Assembly (NCBI GenBank): GCA_036172245.1
Contig: JAYWIR010000006.1
Coordinates: 1,364,001 to 1,428,000 of the forward strand
Direction of reading: 5' to 3'
Length of the DNA stretch: 64,000 nt
Origin: Raillietiella orientalis
Taxonomy: Eukaryota
Part shown: piece by piece, positions 49,851 through 59,780 of the stretch
Layout of the letters: every line of letters begins with the position of its first letter
Numbering within the stretch: position 1 is the first letter of the stretch
Notes under the pieces: generated by a model
The model's database searches: none
The model's input: the letters and a program-made list of their open reading frames with translations, nothing else
What the model was told of the DNA's origin: nothing
Program-made: the position numbers and the translations under genes

Positions 49851-50479
49851 CGAAGAGAGAGATGTTGCCGATGAGATGGCCTGGTGATCCCGGCCCGGCT
49901 CCCGCGCATCCTTACTCTCATGGAAGTAGCGACAAGAAGTGGTAAGGCCGAATGAGGAGGAGGGAACGGGCCTCTGACGACCTGGAGCAGGAGAGGAGCC
50001 GTCAGGGACTCCGGGATCCCCAAAGGGGCTCCGGGACTTCGTGCGGCGGTAAAGAGGCGTCCGACGAGCCCTGGCATCTCCCTGAAGATGCTTCGAAGCC
50101 CCACTGACGGCTCCACTTCCACAGCAGTCCCCCCTCACCTTGTGAGGAGCGATGGATGGCGAGGGAATCCTTCACTAGCAGCGCGCAGACAGCACTTTTC
50201 TGCCGCGGAGCCAGGTACGTGGGGGCTTAGCCAATGCCGTAGGAGAGAGAGATGGTAGGAGGAAGAGAAGAGGGTTGTTGTTGATCCCAGTCCCCGGTAA
50301 AGCGGCTACAGATCTTATGCGAGTGACTGCGGCATCCACCCCTTCTCACCAGCTGATTCTCGTTGCCACTGGAAACTCTGGATCTCCTCGTCACCAGGGA
50401 GGATGTGCGCAACAGTTCCTGTTTCTCCCTCTCTCTCCGCCCGCAGTGAGGGATCGGGTGTTTCTGCTTTCCCGACCCA

Positions 50480-50750
50480 CTTCGGGGACAGACAGGAGGG
50501 TCCAGAGTGTCTCCGCGACTTCCGGCAGCACTGAGCTGGCCCAACAATGGCCGTTTGGGGCCTAATTGCCCAGGCAGCCAGCCACCCTCTCCCTCCCTCC
50601 TGATTCCCTGATCAGTGAAGCAGGAGGGAGAGAAAGCATGGGTGACCTCCTGGTGCACGGACGAGACTTGGAGGCTCAGAAAACGATCTGTGGTCACAGG
50701 AGGCGCAGTTTCGTTCCCCGCCTCTTTTCTGGGCTCATCTGCGTTCTGAA
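50480..50750 (-). mobile_element. Possible LINE APE endonuclease remnant
   Basis: Minus strand reads RRGT.LR, DRFLSLQV, AFSP and PLLGQLSA, in the order of rGva.l / GRfl.l.v / YaP / ilGDFNa. Confidence 0.25.
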
Positions 50751-51179
50751 GCGTCCCTCCACCCTCTCTTCACCACGAGACGGTGACGCCTGTCTTCATT
50801 GTCCACCGCCGGAGCCCTTGTTCTTCTTCCCCGTGTCCATACCGGCACCTCCACCCTCGACCCGCCGCTGAGTTAAGAGTGGGAGCGGTCTCGTGGTCAC
50901 TACCGAGACAGGCGTGTCACTCGCCGTCCCCTCCACCTCAGTCAAACCTGTCGGAAGTTCCCCGGGGCAGGAGCAGACTAAGCCCGACGGAAAACTCTTC
51001 CTCCAGGAGGGCTCCGTCTGCTCGGGAGGAAAGCTTCCTTCGTCCTCCCCCTCTTCAGGCATGGGTTCTGCCTGGGGTTGGTTTTTCCGCCGATTTCTGT
51101 TTTCTGGTCTTTTGTGTCCTTTCCTGAGGTGCGAGAGAGTCCGTGCTTCCCATCGGGTGACACCACGGGAGGGAGCGTA

Positions 51180-51640
51180 AGCGATCTCGTGAAGTGCGCG
51201 TAACACGCGTGCATGTGTCCGAAGAGCGAATCAGTGCAGCAAATAGACACGTTGCCTGCGACATGTCCGCACACGTCGGACACGCCTCGGTACACCGCAA
51301 CACAAACATGCATAAAGCACAACCTAAACCTTACAAACGATGCTCGTGTGACACATTCCGTGTGGCTTGCACGACGTGGGACTGCTGCCTACGTGGTGCG
51401 CATTTGTGGCAAGTGTGTGTTTGTGGAGTGTATCTCACGTACAATTGTCGACGGAACGCACCACTACCCGCATGCTCGTACGTAAGTGCATGCAACACGT
51501 ACAGTATGTTAACGAGTGAGACATGCCTAATGCTCGTGACTGCATGCATCATGAAGCTGTTGTGTGTGACACACCGTGACCCCAGTCACGCTGTCATGAC
51601 GGCATGGGATCGCACGTTACGATGTATGCCCATACTTTTT
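51180..51640. repeat. Degenerate purine-pyrimidine-alternating repeat block
   Basis: Lower-GC block with recurring atgctcgt (51340, 51472, 51530), gtgacac and tgcatg units. A short related piece lies at 55770-55812 (taacacgcgtgc; atgggatc). Confidence 0.45.
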
Positions 51641-54529
51641 GCGTAGGGCTCGCGCGCGCGCGCACATCTCGACGACTGCAGTGCGGTGGCCACTTCCAGG
51701 CTGTGCGGGAGAGATTTTCTGGCGCTTCAACTGTCGCGTTCTAGCGAAGAGGGGGGAGTTTGGGAGGGAAAGGGGTGAGAAAGGGAGGAGAAAATTGCGC
51801 CGGACCTGCACCGCGATCGTGCAGCTTCCTGAGGTGCAGTTAAGGCAGATTGCATGATGCAAGATTATTGGCTTCCGAAATTCGTAAGCTAATTTATGCG
51901 GACAGCTTGCAAAGCAAGGGAAACAAAGACTACTCATAAAGCAATCGCCGCGCCGTGATGGTCACAAATTCCCCAGTCATTCCTACCGTAGGAAAGCCAT
52001 GACTTCGGAACTGCTCTGGACGATGGCCTGCCTGCATGTGCGCCAGATCGCCAAGCAGGGATTTCCTTCCTCAAGTGTGGTGCGGTCGTGTGCGCCGAGG
52101 ACGCGACAATGCTGATCCAATTGTTTGACCGTTCCCCCCCCCCCTCCCGGTGCCAGAGGCAGGTAAATGCAATGATCGATTTCCTGCCGATTGTTTGGAC
52201 TGAAGGCAATTACCAAAATATTTTTTTGACAAAGGAAAAAAAATGTGTCATTGTTTGCTGTTGCTACGCTACCTAAAAATAACGAAAACAATGGCAAAAA
52301 AGGAAGGAGGGAGGAGGAAGATCGAAATAAACTGGCGAGCGAGGCGCGGACTCGAGGGTGTGGGGCTTGGAAAAAGACACTCTCGCGGCAGCTGGTAGGC
52401 AACGGTCGCCGTGGTTTCCCTCGGAACTCTGCCTCCCGCGCACCTCGGAAGAAGCCGCGAGGGCTGCGCGCACCGCAGCCGTCTGACTTTCCGCAGACTC
52501 GCGCGGTGAGTTCGTTCCGGCGCTTTCCGAGGCCTTCAGCCACGGAGCTGCTGCAAAAACTTTCTTGCAGCAGGTCCTCCCTATGCAACGGGGACAGAAA
52601 AGGGGAGGGGAAGAGAGAGAGAGAGGAAAGAAAAAAAATGGTGATGAAGAAATGGCGAAGCTCAAATAGGGAACGGCGAGCATCCCCCGGCTTTGTTTCG
52701 TGGAGACAGGTCGCCTTAGCAGAGCGGATTGATGTGCTCCAAGTAGAGGTGTGGCGGCATGCAAAGCAAACAGAAAGCTGGATGGACTCGTGGGAGCGCC
52801 CGCTACCCGCGTGAACGGTCACCTGAGTTTCTGCCGGGAGAGGGGGGGAGGAACGAATCACGGGAAGAGGCGATCCGTAAGCGCGGCCCTCTTTCGGAGG
52901 GAAGGAGAAGCGAGGGGGCCTCTTTCTCTTTTCTTCGGCTTTCCCAAGAAGGGGAAAAGGAGAGGGGAAACAGGGCACTTCCAGGGAGAGGAGGAGTCTT
53001 CCCTCGGAAGGGAAGGAGGGCCCGATAAAGCAAGGGGACACAAGTGTTCCTGATGACGGGTGACCAACGTCAGCGGCCGCTGATTCAATGGTGTGAGACG
53101 AGACATCGGCAGACGGAACGATGGTGGTTATTCGCTCATACCGAGTGGCACTCGGCGGTTTCTCTCGAAGCCGGGGAAAGCGAAGATCTCGCCTCGGAGA
53201 GTGGATCTCGTTCTTCCTCCCTCCCTCCCTCTCCTCCTCCTCTTCTCCCTTCATCCCGGCAAACAGGAGGAGAAGTTTGGGGAGGCGAATGCAGGCAAAA
53301 AGATACCTCACGACAGGAGAGACGGCCATCTGCGCCGGAGGACGCTGCCGCAAACGGCGATCCATCTTGGTGGCTACGCAGGGCAAAGGCAGAAGGCGGC
53401 AGGTGTTCCCGCCAGGCACGCCCCTGGGGCCTCGTAGCAGCAGCCTCTCCTTCCGGAGCGGCGGCGGCGGAGCAGCGCACGTCGAATGCCATTGCTGCCG
53501 CCGTATGCTTGGAGTTGAGGAGGGGAGCCTGAGGGGTACTCATCCTTCTGAGGGGGGAGAGGCTAGCATCAGCTGCAGCATCTTCTGCACCTTCTCGCTC
53601 TCTCGAGTTTCTCTGCTTCGAAGGACGAACCCGCCTCTCTCGTCTCCGGAAAGGAAGGTTGTGGGAAAGGAAGAGCAAAGGGTGAGCTGTTGCGGAGCCC
53701 GTGCACTCGCTGCCTCCTGTGCCCTTCCTTCACACGAAACCTCCGCTCCTGTGGTCTCCGAGCGGGTGGAGGGGAAGCTTCGGGATAGAAGAGAAAGAGC
53801 GGGGGCTGCGCGCACCTGACCCCGAAGGGCGGGGCGGAAACAACGCGTGGGCTGAAGGTATCTTCTTCAGGGAGCCCTTTTTCATTCGCCGCTGCCTCCG
53901 CACCTTTCCCGTGCCTCGGCGTGTTCAAACTCGTCGCTCCGAAAAGACGGTAGGGGAGGGAGGGAGGACCTGTGCTCGAGTCGAGTCGTGTCCCGTTATT
54001 CGCGTCTCGTCCTTGCGGCTCCTTCCCCGAAGAGGGCGCGAGAGGGGTTTGCTTCTTCGCCGGAAGGCGCGCGAGGTGATTCCTTCCTCCTCTTGCCTTG
54101 CTCTCTCGTGAGGCCGGTCCGCCGCCCCGTATGAGTCGGCGGTCACCGGGTAACGGCAGCAGCAGTTGTCCGCAGGGAAGCGGGAGGGTTCAGACGGAGC
54201 TCGCCCGGGCTTCCACGGGGTCCCTGTCGGGAAACTGTCTCCGACAGGCGAAGTTTTTAACGAGAGGAGGGAGTGGCCCCGGGGAGTCGCCGCCACCTCC
54301 GGCTGCTTGCCTCCCTCCCCCCATCTTCCTCGCTTCCTCTCTTCGCGCACCGCCCGTCGGAGACTTCCGGTTGCCTCGGGATGCGATCCGAGAGACGCGA
54401 CCGGCCATGGCAGGTCGGCTCGGACGCGCTCTCCTCGGTAGGTGAACTGCGCTGCCGCGTGGCAAGCGGCGAAGCCGCATTGGGGAAGGGGAGAAAGGGA
54501 GAGGTGGGGGAATGGGGCTGCCCAACTCC

Positions 54530-55520
54530 CTTTCCTACAGCTTCATTTCTCGTCTGCCAGAGAATGAGCGAGGAGCAAGAGAGTCTTCAGGCAATTTGGC
54601 TGCCTCCCTCCCTCTCCTCTTGGAAACCTTGCAGAAGGCTGGTAGGGAGTTTAAGAGGGAGGTCCTGGAGCAAAGACACTCCCCCCTCATCTTCGGGGGA
54701 AACCTCCCTTGCAGACAGTTGCTCTTGACCTTTTACCCTGTTCCTCCTCCCACCATCTCCTCCCGGAAGCCACGAAGAGGCGCGGGGGGGAGGAGCGGAA
54801 CTGCCGCCAAGAGATGCCGGACGCCGGCCCTCCGTCGCCGCCTCCGAGTTGCGCAGGGCTACTCAAGGAAAGCGGAAGTTCCTCGGCAGCGCAGCCGGAG
54901 TTTCCCGCGTCGCCGCCGGTCCAAAGGTCAGACTCGTGGGAACGACCCGAGCCAGCCAACGCCTCCGGGGAGCAGGGAAGCAGACGAAAAGGGTTCGGTA
55001 CCTACCGGACGTCTCAAGGAGAGGAGAAAGGAAAGAGAGGGGGCAGCGAGTCTTCTGCTTGATGTCCCTCTCCCGGCTTCCCGTCGGCGCGGCAGACCAA
55101 GGAACTCCTCCCCACGGTTCCCGCGACCCGGCCAACTGTTTTCGTAGAAGGGGGGGAGGAGAGGCGTCCAAACGTTCCCAGTGCCTCCCGGTCGGACTGG
55201 CTCCCACACCGTTGCCACGGCAGCATCCTCTTCATCTCAGCATCCATTGCCGGCCATGCTTCTTCGTCGAATTTCTCCTTCCCGGCGTCCAGGGAGACCC
55301 GGGAGGGGGGCCGGATGGCGCCCCGCTCCCAGCCTGTGGTGGCGACTGCGGGAGAAGATGGCCCGGGAAACCACCCCTCGCGACGACTCGTTCGCAAGGA
55401 TTGTGACGAGCCGGCAGCCGCCTTCCCACGCGGAAGGGGGAGAGGTGCCGCTGGACAGGGAGCTCGAGACTGCTGCGGACAAGTCTGGAACAGGGAAGAG
55501 GACACATTGCTACCATTGTC
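54530..55520 (+). mobile_element. Possible decayed L1/Tx1 endonuclease C-terminal half
   Basis: HSPLIFGGNLPC (~pliigGDFNc), then SSQHPLP...RGAGWRPAPSLW (~SDH.p....g.g.WklN.sll) and a later W..., in the expected order. Confidence 0.35.
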
Positions 55521-56565
55521 TTCTCCTCGGGGGATGTCAAGAGAGCAAAGAGGTCTAGGCGGGCGAATTCCTCCTGGATGGACGGCGGGGGCGCGAAGCC
55601 TGCGGGGGGAGACGCAGCGTCGGGAGACCTCCGATCCGCGCGGTCGGGATAGGGACACGCGCTCCAACGCTTTGGGAACGGCGCGCTTCCCTGGCGCGGA
55701 ACGAACTGCCTCCGCGCATGCGCACTAGACGGGCTCGGAATCGGACGATCGCTGCCCCCGTCCATTGGTATATGTAACACGCGTGCTGCACTCGTATGGG
55801 ATCACATGCATGAATCGCATAGAGGCGGCCTCCTCAAAGGCGTTGCAAGGCGCTTCGCGCAGGCGCGTTGAAACGGCATGTCTCGCCCCTAGAGCAGCGC
55901 CGTGGCGACTGCTGCGCAAGCGCGGAGTGCGCGGGACTCCGCCGAGCCGGCGTGTCCGCACGCATTGCTGCCGCCTGCGTTACTGCGACGGAGCTGCTGC
56001 GCGAAACACTTTTCTATCCCGAGAGCGCTCCTGCCCGGGAGCAGGAGCCCTGCGAAGGCGTGGAGGGTCCGTTGAGAGGGCCACCCTTGCCCTGAATTTC
56101 CATTTTCTCTCAGCTCGCCTCGAGGCACGGCTCGCTGACCGGCGCAGTGGGTGCCATTGGGGCGGGGGGAAGGGGGAGAGGAAAAAGAGAGAGAGGGGGG
56201 GAGCGTTGCTCCGGCTCTGCTTTTTTTTCCCCGTGTCGCCTTTTCCTTCTTGTCTTGTGCAAGTCCGTTTCCTGATCTTCCATCTGCTGCGGCGGAATCT
56301 GCATGCGGAGCAAACCGCTTGAGGAAGCGGAGGAGGAGAGAGGGACGGACGAAATGGGAAGAAGGGAGGGGCAATGTGCCCCGCTCAGGGGGACGGGAGA
56401 GTAGGGACTGGCTGGCTGGCAAGCGGAGGGCAAGGGAGGCGCGCACAACATGCCGCTGCGTGCCGCTTGCGGTCGGCGTGAGAGGAGAGAGGAAGAGCAG
56501 GAAGGGAGGAAGAAGAGGAGGGTAACAGGAGGAGGAGGAGGAAAGGAGAAGGAAGGGGAGGAAGG

Positions 56566-56781
56566 GAGAGGAGGAGGAGGAGGTCTCGGTTTGGCGGCGG
56601 GGGCAGCTCCCGGGAGGGCGCACCTGCTCAACAGCACCTGGGCGTCCGAGAGGATGCGTCTGCGGGAGCGACTGCGGGGCGTGGCGGCTTTCAGTATCCC
56701 CCGGACGCGAGGCGCCGCTGGACTCACGCGTTCGTTGCCGTGGATGCCGGCTCCAGAGGAACGCGCGGGCGGCAACAATGC
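56566..56781 (-). repeat. Left arm of a diverged inverted duplication (coding-like, read on the minus strand)
   Basis: The reverse complement aligns with 58078-58310 and reads PARSSGAGIHGNERVSPAAPRVRGILKAATPRSRSRRRILSDAQVLLSRCALPGAAPAAKPRP. Confidence 0.9.
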
Positions 56782-58077
56782 TGGCGTCAGAGCCCCGATG
56801 GCAGCCAAAGGCTGGCTCTGCTTCGACTGCAGCTGCGTTCCGAGCAGCTTCTGCCTGCCCGGCGCGAGTGCTTTGGGTTCCGGACGGCGACCCTCCTCGC
56901 CTCCAATTCCTCCCGCGCCGCACACCTCCTCGAGGAGGTGCCCCTCCCTCACCCTCCCTCCCTTTCTTCTTTCTCCCTCCTCTTCCCTCCCCCTCCCTTT
57001 CGAAACGGGTTGCTCTCCAGGAAGAGCGCCTCTTCCCTGCCGCGCCCCTCCGCTACGGCGGCGCGCGCTCGGAACCACCAGGTGGCGACACTGCTCCGAG
57101 CGCGAACTCGAAAGCGGAGGCCGGAAGAACGGCGCGCCCTTTTCCCCCTTCTTCCTCCCTCTGCTGCCTTGCCGCTCCGGCGGCGAGATCGCGCGCAGAG
57201 ATAAGTGGCTTTCTCCGGGAGTGGCCCTTCCGTCCAGGATGCGCGCAGGAAGAGGAACGGCGGACAGAACAGGGGGGAGGAGAAAAAAGTCGATAAAAAT
57301 TCCGCCTGTGGGCTCCTTTGGCACGTCACGTGGCCGCACACTCCGCGCACCGTGGCAGTGCCGGCGGAAGGCGGAAGAAAAGGGCGCCTCACCTCCCTCC
57401 ACCCGCTGCCCCTTCCTCATCGCGCCCTGGGGAGAGCAGGCCCCCACTCTTCCGGCTTCCCGCCGTCAGCGTCGGCACGTCTTCGCTGGTTGCTTGTGCC
57501 AGGCGCAACGGTGAAGGGGAGGTTGCCGCTGCCTTCTCCAACCCCGCGTCCTGCGGCGACCGGAACCCAGAGGACGAGGAAGCGCTGAAGGGAGAGCAAA
57601 GGAGGGGCGCCGTTCCCAGAGGCTCCCTGTCAGCTCAAGCTGGTGCCAGTGTCACCAGGAGCAGCGGCGCGGAGAGGCGGAAAAATTCGCCACCTTCTCG
57701 ATTAAACGTTTCCCTCCGCTCCCGGAAGTACGCGCGCGCCCCGTCGCGTCTTCCTGCGAGCGTCCTCCCGGCTCCTGGAGAGAGCAAAGGAAGGGGGGAA
57801 GCGCGATTTGCTCCCCCGCGCGCGACGCTGCCGGCGAAGAGCAGTCGTCGGCAGCTGCCCGTGCGCCAACTCTTGCTGCCACGCTCCCCTGCACCGCGCT
57901 CGTCGGCTGCTGCCATGCCCCCCCTCCCTCCCATCTCACTCTCTCCGCGCTCGCCGCGCTCCTCAAGGACACGCAGCCCGCGGTCGTCGTGCGAGCGCGG
58001 ACGGATGTGCACGGGAAGGAGCGGCGCTCCCAGGGGCCGCTGCTGCTGGGCCGGATGGGGTGGGGTGAGGGAAAAAA

Positions 58078-58310
58078 GCGTCCTTGCCTGGACGCCCCGC
58101 GCGTTCCTCTCACGCTGGCATCCACGGCAACGAAAGTCTGACTCCGGCAGCGCCTCGTCCGCGGAGCCTCAAGTCCAGGGTATACTGAAAGCCACCACGC
58201 CCCGGAGTCGCTCTCGCAGGCGCATCTGCTCGGACGCCCAGGTGCTGTTGTCCAGGTGCGCCCTCCCGGGAGCTGCCCCCGCCGCCAAACCGAGACCTCC
58301 TCCTCCTCTC
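58078..58310 (+). repeat. Right arm of the diverged inverted duplication (14-nt frameshifting insertion at 58159-58172)
   Basis: Reads PARSSHAGIHGNESLTPAAPR/[ccgcggagcctcaa]/VQGILKATTPRSRSRRRICSDAQVLLSRCALPGAAPAAKPRP. Confidence 0.9.
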
Positions 58311-59439
58311 TCTTCCCTCTCCCTTCCTCCCCTCCTCCTCCTCTCTTTTTCTCTTTCCTTCCTCCTTTTCCTCCCTTTCTTCATCCCCTCCCTCCCTTCC
58401 TCCTCCTCTTCTTCGCCTCCCAGTCGTCCACTCCTCCAAATGCATCCTCCCGAAGAGTTGCAGCTCCCGCCGGGGGAACTTCTCGCACCTGCGGGCCCGG
58501 CACCCTCCTGTTGCAGGCCCGCGGCAACGTCCCCTCCCTCGTGCCCGCAAGTTCCGCCGGGGGAGGGGGGGAGCGCTCGCGTTCCGCGCGCCTCTTCCGC
58601 TTCGGCGGAGCGGAAAGCGGCGGCTGCAGCGAGGCGCACGCCAGGACCGCGCCCTTCCTGTGGCGCCCCTCCGCCCCCTCTCCCACCCCTCTCCGCCGGA
58701 CTCGACAGCTTCCCGCCGCGCTGCCGTCAACCGCGGCGGTTCCCCCCCTCCCCTTCTCCCTTTCCTCTTCCGCTGCTCCCGGACGAGGGCGCGAACCGCG
58801 ACTTCTGGACGCGTCGCCGCCGCAGTCTCGGGGCGCCATCGCTGAGCCTGCCCTCAGTTGCTGCCAGCAGGCGGCAGCAAAGGGCTCTCCCGTCCGCTTC
58901 CCGTTTCCTGGAGACCACTGTCCGGCCGGGCGACGTGGTTTCTCCCTCTCCGTCCCTCCCTTCCTTCCGGTGCCGCTGGTCCCAGAGAGGTCCCTCGTCC
59001 CCTTTCGCGGAGGGGAGGAGCCTGCGCGCGCTTGCGGTCCGGCTCCAGCAGAGGCAACTGGTCATCAGGGGAACGGCAGGAAGCGGCAGAAGGGAGGGAG
59101 GGTTCGGCCACTGCCTGAGGAAGGATCCCCGGTGGCAGGGGCCACCGGGGGCTTTCAGTGCACGGAGGGCCAGGGGGGAGGGCAGTGTGCGAGTGTCTTG
59201 ATGCGGGTCGCTACCCTCTTTCGGAGGTGCTCGCCGTCCCTGGAGGAAGAGGAAGGTCACAGGAATCGCACCCGACCAACGGCATTGCCTTTCCCTCCTC
59301 TGGTTCCTCCGGGAGAAGGACGCGGCGAATGGATCTGCCCTGTGCCCACGGAATCGCGGGTGACTCGGCGACTTTTAGGAGGGTCCTCCTTGCCCGGTGG
59401 CTAAAACTGGAAAGGTGAATAAGAAGGAAGGGGAAGAAG

Positions 59440-59780
59440 AAGGCACCCTTGGTGACCCCTCCGGCGATCCGTGAGGGGAGGAGTCGGACCCAGATCCCCA
59501 CGAGGAGCTCTGGATTCTCTGCTTTGCCCCACTGTCTCTTCGGTCCGTCCCGCGGCGTCGCCTGGAAACCAGCTCCCTCTCTCACTATGGTGGGAACCCC
59601 CCGGGAGAGGCTCGTGGGTCCGTTCCCCGGGGTCCGCTTCTGGTGGAAAGCAGTCGCAGGTCCTCCAGGAGACGGCGAGATCACTGCCCACTCCTCCGTC
59701 CACGGGGAGGAGGTGGGATCGCCGCGGACAAAGTGACCACCTCATCCTTCCTACGGCCTCGGTCCGACCCTGCTCACGTC
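59440..59780 (-). mobile_element. Possible LINE APE endonuclease remnant
   Basis: Minus strand reads DEVV.L..SHL...W, then SRGVPTIVRE...RD...LVGIW (~DvvlLQEtHl / srGVailvr / D..GR / lvniY). Confidence 0.3.

Noticed and set aside
57318..59201. 627-aa ORF as an intact gene
   Set aside because: The conserved module is joined to the upstream part only via the 14-nt frameshift insertion, and most of the ORF is low complexity. Only the duplicated segment has support.
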